From assembly GCA_965235115.1 (NCBI GenBank), contig OZ249436.1, positions 37,512,001 to 37,576,000 of the forward strand: a stretch of 64,000 nucleotides of DNA. Reading direction: 5' to 3'. A program made the translations under genes and the position numbers. The notes below the pieces were generated by a model, which saw only the letters and a program-made list of their open reading frames with translations, was not told the origin of the DNA and made no database searches. Position 1 is the stretch's first letter, and each line of letters begins with the position of its first letter. Below, one piece after another: positions 1 to 15,500 of the stretch. Origin of the DNA: Laetmonice hystrix. Taxonomy: Eukaryota.

Positions 1-2711
1 CAAATGGCAGCCTATCTTAATTTTAACAACAAATATCAATTCACTAAAGGTCTAGGCATGAATAACTAGAAGTTTTAAATTCAAAATTCGAATCACAAAT
101 CTGTCCTTTTAAATCTAGAAGGATACACTTTCCTTCACTATATGTACGGCATATCTGTTTTGTTCTTTGGATAAGTTACACCCTGATCGAAACCAATCGT
201 CTTTTTATATTCTGTATTTTTCTCAAAACAGCACATCCATATTTGGTGAGGAAGGCATTGTACGTTACATATAGTATATAGTGAAAGGTTCCCTTGTTTT
301 GTTTTCATCAAACTCCTTTTGCATTTCTTTACCATACATCACGGTGTTTATCCACGGTGCCTGACAGCATGGCTCTTGTATAAAGACAAGAAAGTCTGTC
401 AAAAAGTGCCCATAAATAGGGCTTCTCTGTGGCCAGCCCGGTGGTTGGCTTGCTCTGATGCATGTATACGAGTGTCAGGGCCTGTCATATTTGAAATTAT
501 CCATTCTTGGAAACACCTGTCTTAACGTGGGACTCCCAAGGAAAGTGAGAACGTTCCCAGGTGAAGTCCCAGTGATTACTTGGGACACATTGACCCGACA
601 TATATCATCCTTTGGCCACCTACTGCCCGCTAATTCCCACCAAGCACGTGTTTCCATATGCTCAAGATTCGTGCCATTTATCCTGGTCGTGTCCTTGTCT
701 GGCCGCGAACACCAGTGACAGCTGATTAAAGGCGCACCTTGCCGGTGCCATAAATCCAGCCCCGCGCTGTCAGTAAGCTTTTTCACCGTGCTCACGGAGT
801 CTTCAACAACTAAATCCGTCCTCGCCCTCCACATCGAATCTTCCAAAAGGACCGCCGTGCAGATATAAATTACTCGATGCTGTTCACGAGTGTAAGCTAC
901 CGCATTTCTGTGCACTTCAGCATGTCTGAAGCAACGTTGCGTCTATGCCAGACACTTTTATAAGCCTAAGTTACACTGATCTGAGCTGTATCATCACTTA
1001 AATCACCCTTTAAATTTCTCTGGCTTTCTTGCACTTCCTGCATTGAAATTAATTGGTCCTTTCACAAAATTCCCATTCCGTAATCTGCCTTATTGGAATT
1101 TGGGCGATTGGAAACAGAATCTTCGTATTCAATGCAGCTAACTGATTGTAAATGGCCACTTGGAGTTTATGCAATTTGATGGGTTCAACATACGGTAGTG
1201 GCCTTGTTGCTTTCGTAGACACCATACTGGAATACAACGCTATACAAGAAGAAAGATAAGAAATTGTTTGCTGGCACTGCAGTAGTCAATCGAGCCACCC
1301 GTCGAGTGGCATGGCTGGCCACACCTGGGTGTGGTGAACCAGCGGTCGGGACAGCCCGGGGTGGAACCTGAAGGGCCCAGGGAGGACATTGGATTGGCAC
1401 TGATCCCTTTAATCCAATTGAGTGCTGCCATAATCACGACAATTCCATTGGCGTCCAGTGCTGTAATCACTTGGTGAGGCACGGCTACACAAGCCATCAC
1501 CCCCAGACGTGGACACACAACACATAAAGCCAAGCCATCCAATCTGTCATCCTTGTCCCCTCCTTCCGTCTAATCCCTCGAGATAACTCATTTCTACTTG
1601 GTTGATTTAAGTCATGAATACCTCCCATTCCCTCTTTTTTAGAAAACGCATGGGCGGTACCTATACCTTGCGGTATCGACAACAGTGAAAAACGCAAAAA
1701 AATATAAATAAATACCAGAGCAGAAAGCGCTAAGTGTTTCTTTTATTGTTGAGCATGACCATGGGGAATAATTCATTCCAAACCAAGTGCTGGGAGGTCG
1801 CTGTTACTGGTCACTGCTCACTATGAGATCAATCATTACCACCAAGGTCTCCGTGTCACACAATTAATGCGATACCTTTGGCGGCGGCCAGGCCATCGAA
1901 AAAGGGAGAGAGAGAGGAGAGAGAGAATGGCCAAAGACGTTGGAGACTCTCTCGTCCTCATCAAGACCACAGCAGACTGTGTGTAGCCCTTGGCTGGACC
2001 TCTTACCACTGCAGGTGTGCGGACCATCAACTACCCCCCAACCCCCCTCCTCATTCCCCTCCCCAGGTGATTAGTGTAAAAGCCTCAACCCACGATTGCA
2101 ATTGGATTGGATTGAACGGCCGTCCCGCGGAGGGCGCGCGCGGGGGGCGGCGGTGGCTGATCGCAATCTGGCCGCGCGACGCGTCGGTCGGGACCAATCG
2201 GCCAGGCCGTCACCGCTCTGCCACAATGAACGAGAAACTCATCGACAGCACTTGATGCGCCACCTCGCAAGGATACCGATTCAATTAAAGCTGGGCCGCA
2301 AGAAATATAGAGACGCCACAAAACGATCGGTTTCTGTTCATGAAATTTTATGGGGTTAATAAAAGATTTAATAGCTGAGAAACGCTAGGAAAAAAGTTTC
2401 TATCATCTCTGCTTGATGAAGATCTTTATGATATAAAACATGCAAGGTGATTTTAGGTCACGGGGTCTCCAAGAAAGTGGTCAGCTGACTATTCAGTGTA
2501 AATGTAAAGACGTGTGTTAAATTCCTTTATAAATCTCTACCAAACAGATTAAAGTGAAGGAAAACTGGCAAATAATTCTAATATCTTCATAAAACACAAT
2601 TGTATTATACTTCGAGTCGTCAACGATAGAATGCGGCCACCAATTACGTCATTTTTGGTGTATTTCCTTGCGAAATTTCCGGAGAAAATCTGATATTTCC
2701 CATTGATTTGA

Positions 2712-2818
2712 AACAAAGGTCGTCGGTTTCCCGGTTTGTTTGATCTTTTTGACCACCAGTGGCAGAACAAAGGTCGTCGGTTTCCCGGTTTGTTTGATCT
2801 TTTGACCACCAGTGGCAG
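2712..2818. repeat. ~54-bp tandem duplication
   Basis: AACAAAGGTCGTCGGTTTCCCGGTTTGTTTGATCTTTT(T)GACCACCAGTGGCAG twice. Confidence 0.93.
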
Positions 2819-3471
2819 GCTTATGAGAAGAATATCTTATTTGTGATGTTTCCCAACAACCAGATGGTTATACAAACGGTAGAAGTATGTTTCAATACTT
2901 CCAGTACTTTCAATACCGTACACTTTCCTGCTTAACTTTCCCTTTAAGGTAGACCAAATCTGACCCTAATGATGGCAACATCTATATGTTCTAGCCATAA
3001 AAACCATATCAATTTTCATTATTTCCCAAACTTACTTAAGCAGGTATGGTTAGTCTCAACACCATGACGTCTAAGTATACATTTATATTTGTACATATAA
3101 TATAGAAGGGTGGCGTTATCCGGGAGGTGTGTTGGATCACAACCCTAGCCTAGCTGTCTGTCCTTCCCCTTAGCTCCACCTGCGACCCTTGGCCCTAGTG
3201 GACCCTTGAAGGCTTATTGGATATCGATTTCTCCAATTGTGCATCTTGCGTTTGCATGACTGTGTTGCTATGGTGAGGCGACGGGCTTGGATGCGACATG
3301 CAATGGGCTTGGTTAGGTGAAACGTGGGACGAATTAATCAAGGTATAGGCGCCCGGGCTGTGGACAGCGGCCACAGAGCACACGACCCTCAGATCTGACC
3401 ACGCGCGCAGGATTAACGCATACTTGAAAAGTAGAAAAGCGAAAGGACCGTCAACCATAAGATGTACTTAC

Positions 3472-3574
3472 CATGGGCCACCCAGCCATGCTTGCAGCTG
3501 TCACAGGTGCGAAGGTGGGACTTTCCTGGGGAGAAGCATTCACAACGGCAGTTTGGGAGGGTGCACCGGATTGC
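3472..3574 (-). CDS. BNC2: Basonuclin (BNC1/BNC2/disconnected family) N-terminal Cys/His domain exon; gene continues left of the window
   Basis: Minus strand: (CTT)n-TGCAG acceptor, then 103 nt encoding [34 protein letters not shown]+1 nt, then GTAAGT donor. Matches the recalled human BNC2 motif [34 protein letters not shown]. In an invertebrate this is probably the single BNC1/2 co-ortholog. Not in the ORF track. Confidence 0.93.
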
Positions 3575-6500
3575 CTGCAAGAAGAAGAAGAAGAAATGTC
3601 AAAAAGCTCAGAGAAACAGAGCCTGACTTTCTAAGTAACACCAAGAACTGATACCAGAGTCAAGACGGACAAAATCCAAATGATGCAAATATTAAAAGTT
3701 GAAGGAAATCCTAAATATAAAGAATCTAAGGGCAGAGCCCTTCCATGAATACATTCAAGAAAAATAAGCCCAAAAATATTTGTTTTCTATAACTAACCAC
3801 CTTTATGAACTTTAACAATTTTCTATCATTTCTTTACTTTTTCTTCCGATTTCTTGCAGAAGTACATTCATTTCTTTTACAACTGTTGAAAAAGAAAGGA
3901 GGTGGGTACATTATATAAGTCATGCACCTGAAAAATGTGATCGGGCCTACATAATTGATCGGACCAACTCATTACACTGACCCAGCGGGGGAATAGCCTG
4001 CCGAGACCGCCACTCCCCTCCTCCTCGGCTCAACTTAAATCTTGTGTGCACTCAAGGAGAACAGGAACCAGTCATGTGACATTGCCATGGCGACAGTACA
4101 CACAAACAGGGCCTGACCTGATGACATCACAATGGCCGCCCTGCCGCTCACGCTGCAGGAGCCCACCCTTCCCGCCCGGTGACCTTCGGACTCAAGGTCA
4201 ACCTTAGTGTTTCTCCTGTGTTTTCTTCCAAACCGTGACCACAAAGATTAAGACACACTAATATTACATACAGTATGTGACGTAGTTACAGCAGACTCTA
4301 ATATAAAAGCCAATAGTTACGGATTTCTAATAATGGTGTGCAATTAGACGTACTTTATAGCTGGCTCCTATAATGACTGGCCAGAATCTATTACCTGAAT
4401 TCAACCAACACTGATTAAGGTTATAGGGAGTGGTGGGGCGGCTGGATCGGGGTGGACTTGGGAAGATGGACGGTTGTAGCCGAGGTGAGAGTGATGGCCT
4501 GAGGGGTGGGGGTGAGGGTTGGGGGGACGTCCACACCCCCTGCCGTCTTTAGTTGTCTTTATATTACCGCAATGATTCCTTGCTCTAAACTTTGCCAAGT
4601 TTCTGGCACTAGTTTCTTTGACACGGCGACTCTAGGCGGGCCTGCACGCATGCCACATCATCTCATGCTAGACTGATGATTAATGTCTCACAGCCAATTT
4701 TTATTCATTCCTCAACAGGTCAAACAACTCTGGGGGATTACAATAATCACGGGATCATTTGCCGACTATAAACTATAAAATTGTCCTTTTTTTAAATATA
4801 CTGTGCAGTCCCTAAGTAATTAGTATGTTGGTATGATTCTGATATCTAGTTAATCATGGAAAGGATAGTACTACTTCTGTTTTAATGTCCCTTGACAATT
4901 TCACATCACGTAATTACCAAACCCGTGAGAGGGCGGGCTTTTTTCTCTCTCGCTCTCTCTTTCAATTTTGAAGCAGACAGCGTGAGGACTCCTATGTGCA
5001 CCTGCACTGGATTCTACGGGGAAAAGCCCTGCTGGACAGGTGACAAGTTTCAAACATTAAACATTGATCAGATTAATTAAAATAAATCAATCGTCCTGAT
5101 CATTGGTCTGAATAAGTCATGGTGTTGTTTGCCACGCAGTGTTTCGTCCCACAGTGTGTGGCTCCCCCACGGCACAGCCAGCGAAGTCCCATTCATCAAC
5201 ATGGACAACTTTTTAGTTTCACATTTGAAAAAGAAAATCATTCTTTAGGTTGATCCAGAATTACAAATTCCATTTTAGGCATTTATTGTTATTTAGTAGA
5301 CACCTAGAATGTTGTCATTCTGATTGCCCCGTCACTATAACAGTATAAGGCTTATATATTATTATGTTTTACAGTAATTTATGATCTTCGTAAATTTCCC
5401 TACCAGTACGAATTTGAGGGTCTATTATCAGTCTTACTCCAAGAGTAATCATTCATGTTGACAGAATACGATACACTGTCGCCCTCAAAGTTCTACCAAG
5501 ACCTTCAATAACTCCTGTGACATCACTGAGTTTCAGGGACTTTCCAGCCCTTCAATCTTTTTTTCTTCTAAAATTAAAGTACTTTCCAGGACTTGCAAGG
5601 AGCATGCGAACACTTATGATTTGCATGTATAATATACATCTGAGAAGGGACATACCTGACATTACACACCCCTCTCAGACCCTTTTTACTATTACTAAGT
5701 GACTGAACAACTGATTTAGGCTTTATTCATGACGTCAAATACGTTGTCAGAGGATTCCATGGCGACTTTCTGGGAGGCGAGGTTGGTGTTTGTGTGCTAG
5801 CCGTGGATGGCGACGACGCCAGCCGTGCCCCCTCCCACCCTCCTACCCGATCCACTCCCGGCTTCCTCCAGCACCTTGGGACCCTGGAGACCAAGCTTAC
5901 AGGAGGTGATCACACCATCTCCCAATTATTAAAGTGTACCCAGCCAAAGTCGCCCTCACAATACACGTGCATGATTGGTACTGTGCTTGCGATTCATGTC
6001 AACACACCACAAGTACATGTCTCCTTGCCTGACACTAATAAGACCCAGTTTCTCTCTAAATGATGGCAAATACCTTAAACAGACTGTAAACTGCCTCCGT
6101 CATGGAAACCACAAGTAGACGCCAATTAGAGGCCACTCGTATAATATACAGTGAGAACATTCGTCACCTTCCATCTCTGGGACTATATAAATATATATCT
6201 ACATGGGGGTATATATACAACCCTCTGGTGTATTGTTATCAGTGCCGTAATGATGATCGCTGTTCGTGCCAATGCTATCATGTAGACATACCCTCTGACA
6301 ATAGTCGGCGTCTGTATGCTTTAATTCCATGCGGTAATGTTACATGATAGAACAAAGCGAGGCAACATAACGTATCACGGAATAGACTGACTTCTACCTC
6401 CTTTAATCAAATACTCTGAGCCAATACTTCTAGGGCTAAACATATTGTCCTTTATAATACTGAATTTTATTTCAATGTTGTTGTTTTTTTTATAGAAATC

Positions 6501-9500
6501 TAGTTAATGTAGACATATAAAATTTCCATTTTGAAGTCTATGTTATGTTATTATATAATACGTTTGTTTTTCACCATGTCATAAATCTACACTGGAGCTA
6601 AATGCGTTAATTATTTTTGCGGACATAATTTGCTGTACATAGGCCATCCTGGGTTCCATTCAAATCCATCGACCAAAATATTACATGCTGGAGTATAGTA
6701 TGACACAGACTTTTGGAGACAGCATAGAATATGTTAAAAGTGTCAGTCTAATGGCTATGTAATGCATTGTAATGACATTACCATACACGCCATTATCCTC
6801 CTTAGTGGTTCCCACACCATGGGGACTCTGCTGGATGCCACCCTCTATAAACCCCCTCCAGACACCCCCCACCCCCCATCATCGTACCCCCACCCCCTAC
6901 CCAAGGGGACGGTCCCTGCCTGATCCATCCACAATGATAATGATGATTAAACATGCCACTAGTTATATATGGCCAATGAGTCTGCCTCACATGCTACCAT
7001 GGCAACAGCCCAACCTAGGTATGAGCAGGCGATTGTATCATTGCAAACAGCACTCGGGCACAATGGAGTGACACGTTTTGACAATGGGTCGCTTCATCAA
7101 AGCCAAATAAACCACGCAAATGGTATCAACCACCCGTAGCGCTTCAAAGACCTGCCAATCTCAGCGGCCAATCACCTTATACACACGTCTCGTGAAACTG
7201 GTTTTAATTACAGAATCCTACTTCACCATATCTGTCTGGTCTAGCTTTTAACACTTCACATTATAGACATAGCACTTGATCAATTCAAATTTACGTGTTG
7301 TTAAAATGTAAAGATATCACAGCTGTTACTGGATGCACAACCACGATATGTATACATGCTCCTTAAGTTTAATGTATTTGATATAAAACTCTGATCCAAA
7401 TCAGGCTTACCGCAGGGAGGAATAGTTTAATAACATGTGAAGGTAAGTACAGTCTAGCCCTACCAGGAAAAAGTTGATGGCCTGTTTCAAATTTACTGCA
7501 ACCTATAGTACAGTGCCACTTCATTATAGTTGAGGATGGTAAAAAAATGTTGTCAATTAGGTTAAGGCAGCGGGGTAACGCCATCGAATGAGAATCAGAT
7601 AGAAATTATTAATATTCTTGTGCATGAGGTTCTGTGAAGTAGGTTAAACTTTTTAGTACGGTTTCTTCAGGAAGGCCTGCCTACCGCGGGTTACCGCTGG
7701 GGTTTTCTCTTTGCTTCCCCTAGTGGCACTTTATGAAAATGTCTAGAAGTACTGGGAATGAAGAATTAGGTTGGCAACCCGGAGCGTCCCCTCCTTGGGG
7801 TCTCTTTGGGGCCCGAGGGGTTCCTCTGGACATTGCCCTGCGGACAATTCAAATGGGATGCTGCAGTTTGATGGCTGCGGGAGTCACCGTGGTGACCAAA
7901 TACACAGTCCCCGTGGCTGCAGGAAATACCCCATAGATATGTATCTGAAGGTGCCTGCAGGTGGGGACATGGAAATAATGTCAGTACTGGGGGCTGGCTG
8001 TATACCTCTGGTGTGCACTTCCGCGACCACCTTACACCGTAGGGAGAAGTGATCGATGTAATGATACGGCCATGATACACTTCAAAATAGAGCTTACAAT
8101 AACACTGTATTATAGAATGTGACAGTAAACTGTTTTCAGTAAATGTTTCTGTAAGCTCACATTCATTTATAAGCTGATTCCTTCCTTTTAAAATGTTTGA
8201 GAAAATTGATAAAAAATGAAAGCTGTCTTACCATGAAGAATAATCAAATGATCTCTACAAATATGTGGTTATAGGCCTACCACCTTCCATCAATTTACAT
8301 CAAAACTTCCCTGAAGAGCTTTCTTTAACACACGGAAACTTTTAAACCCTCAATCAATTGAAGGTTTACATACGAATCCTTTCCGGGAAAGTTTTAATAG
8401 ATGTTTACGGTATTTTATGTCATCTATTATAACAATGGTTAAATACAGCACACCAAAATTTTGATACTAAAATTTTAGCGTAAAGACCGTAAAACCTCGA
8501 CTTGTGCCAATGAGGAAGTACCTGACCCTTTAAAATGGATAGTGGCAGAGCCAGGACTCATTGGGTTGGCCTTTACTCCCCACTTATTACCTGTACTTGT
8601 AATGTCCCGCTCACATGATATCATAAACATTATTGCTACTAATTTGGCCACTCACACGCCCTGCTACTGTACAGACCTGGCCAGTCTCCCTGCCTTATAA
8701 ACAATTCATGATATTCTAAAACACCCTGCATGGGCCAGTTTATGTTGTGATAAACTGCTCAATATTATCTATTGCAATCGCATAAAAACATTATTGCTAG
8801 TGTCTGTACTACCGGTACAGATAATGTACTAGAAACACAGCCTGGAGATACTGCATCAAAAAGTTTCTCACATTTCTTATTATTATCACGTACCATAAAA
8901 TTTTACATAATTCTAGAAGATAGCAATTATTTTTCTACTACTTTGAAACAAAACGCTTTTGTTCCTAAGGAAACACGGGAGATGCCATTGATACAATATT
9001 AAAGACCAAAATGAACTAAACCTCCTCTGTCTTTACGTTAATCAGGCAAGATATATTTCTGCTAACTCCTTGCGCCTGACGTATGTCTGGCTAATGCCAA
9101 GCATGCCACATTAATTCATTGAGGGTGAGGCTCGTCTCCACAGGCCATGATGTTCGGACAGCCACATACCACTAATTACATCATACCAGCGTCCCATGGG
9201 AAGACCTCAGCAACTTTGTTTTTATGCCACCCTTGCGAGAAAAAAAACAGCCATGAACATCTCTGGCATATGTGGCCAAACATGTATGATGCTCGCCATC
9301 ACAAATGGGATACTTGATTAAAACTTGGTCAATATGTTTCCCCCATTTTCCCCAGGCTCGTTCAATCACCAGAACGTCTTTGTGAGCCGCCGCCCGCCAG
9401 AGCGCGCTGCTCCGCTGACGCAGGCGCACTCCGGGGACTCATCATCGACCAATCAATACGCTTCACTAATCAACGTTCATGTCCTCGTGCAATCTGCGAC

Positions 9501-12500
9501 ACATGGCGGCTTTGCAATCACTAGCAGTGACCACCCACTAATTTCAACTCGCACCAATTTCTGTCCGCTGGAAAAATGTCACTTTAATTTAATTTTTCCA
9601 TTTTTACTTTCTCCAAAAGGAGGCACCTACACGACCCTATAAGATTTGTTTAGTGCTATTATGTTGTTCATGGTGGTATAATTCAAAAACTTTACAAAGA
9701 AGGAACATCTAAGTTCAATCGCGAATGGACTTTGTGACTGTTGACGAGAAACTGCAAGATAAACGGCGGGGACACATTCCTTGCGACAGAAAAAAATATC
9801 AGACCAGGGAAAGTAAGTTAAAAGTGCATACTTGAAAAAAAAGTCGCAAAAAAATAATAAGAAGAAGAAAAGTTTACAACCGGAGAATGAAACTGAGGTT
9901 ACTACATGAATCATATCAGAATTTTGAGTATTCACAGAATGCAAGAGGCGCTGTTGACTTTCGATCTGCATTTTGACCCGGCCTTAACCAAGAACACTCC
10001 AAGATAGATTGTCGATCAAACTTTGAAGGAGCTAATTCAAGCAGGTAATCAGCACGGCAGGAATATTTCTCATAATATCAGCTGGGCCAGGCAATCAGGA
10101 TAATTAATAATAGACAAGAAGTGACAATGAAGGCTGTATGGCTGTTGGCGTGTCCCCCTGCCAACTGTCGTTTCACCTGATTACCCCGCACAGAGTCTGA
10201 TTAATCTGCGAGAACAGGTGAGTTGATCACCTTAATGTGTTCGTCGTATGGGGGCAACGGCGCTGTTTGGACGGTTGGCTGCTCTGGGGACCGCGCGGGT
10301 GGGTGGGGGTTGGGGGTGGGTGGTGCTGGAAGCGGTAGAAAAGGGAGGTCTTCATGGCGGATCTTTAGATGTCATTGTTTGGGCCGGGGAGCGCAGTGGG
10401 GATTAAGGAGTTTGTGGCGATGGTTGGTTAGCTGGGCGCTGTGGGGGCGGGGGTGGGGCGGGACGTGGGGACTCTGAAATCCATACTTCAACGTTTGTCC
10501 ACGCACACACACGACCGTGCCTCAACACTTAATTAAAGGAAGAATGAATGAATGATGAGTGTTTATGACAAATCCAACAGTGACATGATTGGTGGTGATT
10601 CAGGGGACACCGCCCGAGTTGATCTCATTATTACATGTGTGCATAATCTTTTACTCCGTCTGGCACTGCCTGCTTATTGCCACCTGGCAATGACGGCCAA
10701 GGTGAGCGTAACCTTGTGGTCCCTGGGAACAGGTGGTCGGGTGGTGGCGACTAATAAATAGTTGACATGGTCACCTTAACGATAGAGGGACGTCCCTGCC
10801 TGTAGTACGTGCCCTCCCGACTCTATATACTACTTAGAAAACTGAGCACAAACTACTTATTGAGTGGGTGGAGACTATGTGATTACCGGCCTCGGTTGTC
10901 GCGTTAATAAAACTGGCGGTTTGGAGTGTTACATAGATCTATACCTTCGAACTCTTCTACTGTAGGGGATTATTTATGATCATGTATATCGGTATATGTG
11001 TAGGTTTATATAGACAGCTATAAACATTTAGTCTCAATGTAAATTCATCCTAACTTGTATTTATACTTAATTCCTGTAGAGATGCTGGTGTATATACTGA
11101 ACGGCAATGGAAACGCTGAAAATATAGCTCAAATATTTTATTGAAAGAAACAGTCAGATTTTATATTTAACAAGAAACCAGGCATGTCATCCTGGCTTGG
11201 GGTAATAGACTCAGAAAACAACATTTCTCTTCTCAACCAAAACACTTTGCACATCCTACGAGTGATAAAAATATACATTTGGACCCATGCGTTTTCATTG
11301 CCGTTCACTATATGCAAGGCTTGAACTGCTTGGACTGACGTCACCAAGTGTCTCGCCTACACTAACCGTGGGACGTACGTCAAGATAGTTGGGATTCTGA
11401 GTCTGTGACTAACATCCCTGGGGCTGACTGTCGAGGGTGTGGTATACCGGTATACAAAAACAACCCAGAGTCGGTGACTAACCGTACTGCTCAACTGCGT
11501 CAATGTCGTACTTTCACTATCAATAGAGTATGTGCAATGGGCGGGGGTAGGTGGGGTGGGTGGGTGGGGGGGGGGCTGACGTGTCATGGTCATGTCATGT
11601 GGTTATACGTAATAAAGAATGAGCACAAGGCACAAAGAATTGGAAAAGGCGACAATGTCCCGCTTCATGCCACTGCCCCGTTCATACCATTCAACAGGAC
11701 CGCTTCGCGAAACCTGTCCATTTCCCCAAATTATGACAGAAAAACAGAATATCGCATTATCCGTAAGATTTCTTGGTTAATTTCTTCTTAGTCGAGGGCA
11801 AGACGATAGGAGAAGTCTACCTTTCAAGCGGGGCTAATTATATGTAAATATCGGGGCGAAACGATTTTGCCAAGGACTTGTAACCTAAAATACTGCCGAT
11901 GACCCAAAATAACCTTCATAAATCAATCAACCATGAAATCCGTATTGTGGCAACTTCTATCGCCATTTTAACTTGTTGACTGATAAGATCCATTGATTCA
12001 TGTTTAAAATGGGACCTGTATTTCTACCCTCCCGAAAGAGCTGGAGAGTTGAGTTATTATATGACACGGGACGGCCTCTATACCACCAGCATGCCACAAA
12101 AGCTGACCGCATTGGTGTGACTGTCGTGCCACTATTGTGGAGCCAGATGAGCGCCCCTCACTGGGATGTCAATTGACATGCACACAACACCTGTCGCAGG
12201 TAGAGAAAGAGAGAGAGCGAGAGCTAAGGTCATCAACTCAGGACGATTGTCGCCAGATGACATACACACACATAGCCACTACCAGCACCTACCCTTTCAC
12301 GTATACGTCCAACACAAACACAACCCCCTCCCCCTCTCCAACGCTTTTAACACATGACCATGACCAACACAGTCCTCCGCCATCGTTCGACAACCCGATT
12401 AATTCCAGGAATGAACTCATGAAGATTGAATAAAAAGTTCTCAGTTATCTTACTGAACATCAAAACGACTACCTTATACATATCCGTGCAATTGTAATGC

Positions 12501-15500
12501 ATTTATGTAATTGATCGTTGCTATAGGCCTACCTACACCTTACAATCGCTACTCCCCAAACTTGAAACCAGCAGGAACTATAGTTCTGAGTGTTACATGT
12601 GTCATGAATAGTGTGACATGTGTCATATGCATGAGGTTAATGGTATCAGCAACCAGGTGCCACATGTTCACAAACTTCATAACTTTTATTATGTGAGACC
12701 GTGGTGTTTTCAATGCAAGCGCCTGTCGCAGACGCCACTGTATGGAATTGGTGGCACAAAGGGATACATGTATATAGGGGACTGCACTGATCCCTTTGTC
12801 TTCACAGATAACAAAACATGGATTTTTTATATTATATTTGAACGGTGACAAAAATAGAATGCATGGAAGGGGCTGTGTCACCTTATCGCACTTCTGCTAA
12901 TCTCTAGAACGGCTGTTACATATACTTGAATGTGACGTTTATCAACGTTATAGCATGTACGGTGACTGAGATCCAATTGAACACAGAATATGCACCGACG
13001 ATACAATCATAAAGCATGACATATTTTGATAGGAGATAATGATATTTTTATTAGAATTCGTGTTATAAAAAGGAGGGTTGGCTGTCAATACCTGATGGGA
13101 CCATGCCGTAAAATAGTAGGACACATTTCAACACATGTTGAGTGATTCAAAAGCGGGGGGGGGGGGTTATTGGACGGTTTCCCGACAGCAAAGGTTGTTG
13201 ATCTGGTGTATGTTTTCACCAGGAAAGAAGAAAACAATACATTATATTAAAATATGTTAGATGAATGATATTTTGTGTTCTATTCATGTTAACAACCAGC
13301 ATTGGATTCTAAATTAATTACATTTTCGGCCTTACTGTTGGTCAGGCTGTGAAGTCAATGACAAGCTATTCTCAATCTCATATCATCTGAAAATGTAGCC
13401 TAGGCCTATACTAAATTCTAATGGATTTAACATTTGTTACTTATTTATGCTACCGCATTTGCAACAAACAACTCAACTCAAATATAGGCCTCCCTATATC
13501 AAACAAGTTTACGCCTGATAAGCCTATTTCCTCTTCAGTTTTCCAAAGGATATTCCCAATTATTTCAAATATATTTAGTGTAATTTTACTGGCATCAAGG
13601 AAACATACAGGCCAAGCAAAAAGACCTCTACGGCAACACGCAATTTTCTTTAAAAAAAGCTTCATGGTCCCAGTCTTCGTGAACATCCTTCCAGCCTTCT
13701 CGTCAAACGAATACTGCTTAAGGAGCTTCCTCTAAACGAGCTCAAATGTGCTCAAACACATTTCGTCCAGGAGAAGATCTTTAGGGTACTTGTTATTTAC
13801 TTAAAGAAGAGTTTCCTTCACAACACTGAACAAAATCATAAGTCAACACACACTGAACCATTCTTTTCTTGCAGTGGACGGAGTAGAAATAACTAGGGAA
13901 ACTCTAAACGGAAGCACCTGAACGGGACCAGGATAATATCAAGATCATTTTCCAACTTGTCATCATTGATGGTACATAAGGTACCCTTTATAAAAGTGTT
14001 TCCTGCACCTATGAGGGAGCAAGATAAGATTGCCTTTTTCTGGGGTTTAAAGAGACAGTAGAGGAATAAATTGACCACTGCTGTCGACTTGCCCCATTGG
14101 GTTTGCCGTGATGGGTGACAACTAGCGGCATCTGTCTATCACCCTTGCCAATGTGATGCTGCGAACTGTCCCATCTGCCGAGAGCTACAGTCACTTTAAA
14201 CGCTTTAAGGGCCTGCCTCCCCTGTGGAATCAGGTAAAGAGCAGAGGGAACTAGAAACTTCATCACCAAAATGCATGGTCCTGGAGACTTAATTAAATTC
14301 CGGGAAGGACCCTTGACATGACTTGGCAGTGTTATTGGTCAGCGGAGACATTGGTTGGCAATAAGCAAATGGACGGTCACTGTAGATGCAGGGATGGGGA
14401 CATAGCGTCTGACCTCAGCGCGGCCAGCGCCCGACAAGTTGTGGATGGGGCTAGGACACACGATTGTGGTGTGTGTGTTGTGTGTGTGAGGGGCGCAAGC
14501 GTCCGCCACGCAGGGACTGGCCACTTCGGGTCACCTGACCTCCACCAAAACATTCTGGTTGGGTAACACGGAGGTCATGTGACCTCATCAGGACGTAATG
14601 ACTGGTCAATTTGTGGTCACGTGACCTGTGTCCTTTCTTCTGCCGCTAAGTTAATTGTGAAGCAGGATAATACATCACAATTCCAAAGCATTTACATCCC
14701 AGGCTGGCCAAAACCTGAATAAAACATAGCACGAGTGACAAACTTCTTAAGTCTGAGCAGACCTCTCTCCTCTGAGGGACATGCCTCCACGCAATGGGAT
14801 ATCGCTAAGTACAAAATTCATAGGCCTAGTTTAAATTCAAATGAAAGCGCGACTGCATAGAGAGGGCTTTTTGGCTTTGTTTTCTCATGATACACCTACT
14901 GTAGATCAACTTTCTTATGGCTGAAATTAATGAGAATCTTAAAATCACCACAATACGAATGAAAGTTCGCCAATAACATAATAGCAGATTTAAGCTGTCT
15001 GTTGCGTCTTTCCATTACAGTCCCTGCACATGCGGAATTGCTCCAGAAGTCAACGAATAATTGTTCTGGGGTCAACAAGCCACCCAATGACGTAGTCCAG
15101 AGCTGGCGCGGCAGAACCACATCTGCTGTCCACCATGTCGTCCGAGCCAGCTGAAAACGTCACAGGGACAACCCTGACAACCTTTCTGTGTGGGCCCCGT
15201 GCCCTTCCTGCCTGCGCCCTGCTTCGTTGTGCCCAACCTGACACAACCAGCCGCCTTCACAAGGGTCAAGTTGAGGTGTCGCCACTGTATTTCTGGATCG
15301 ACCATTGCCTATAGCACGGCGGGATGAAGAAGTGCCTCTATCAGTCAGTGTCAGGCCCTGGGGGCGTTGTCGACTCTCGACTGGTGTTTGTCAGCCCTGG
15401 ACAGTTTCGAGGAACCACTGGAGCACATGGCTGACACAAGTACCACCACTATAGACACCTACCCCCGACCGAACTGCTCCGGGCGTCTTCTCACTCGACT

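Noticed and set aside
1..3471. Next basonuclin exon (expected ..LMLYG..RLKILLDRLF..)
   Set aside because: Not found by eye on the minus strand; presumably beyond the left edge of the window.
5500..5612. Possible MITE end (TTCCAGGACTT..ATGCGAACAC)
   Set aside because: Only a decayed fragment; no partner TIR or TSD found.
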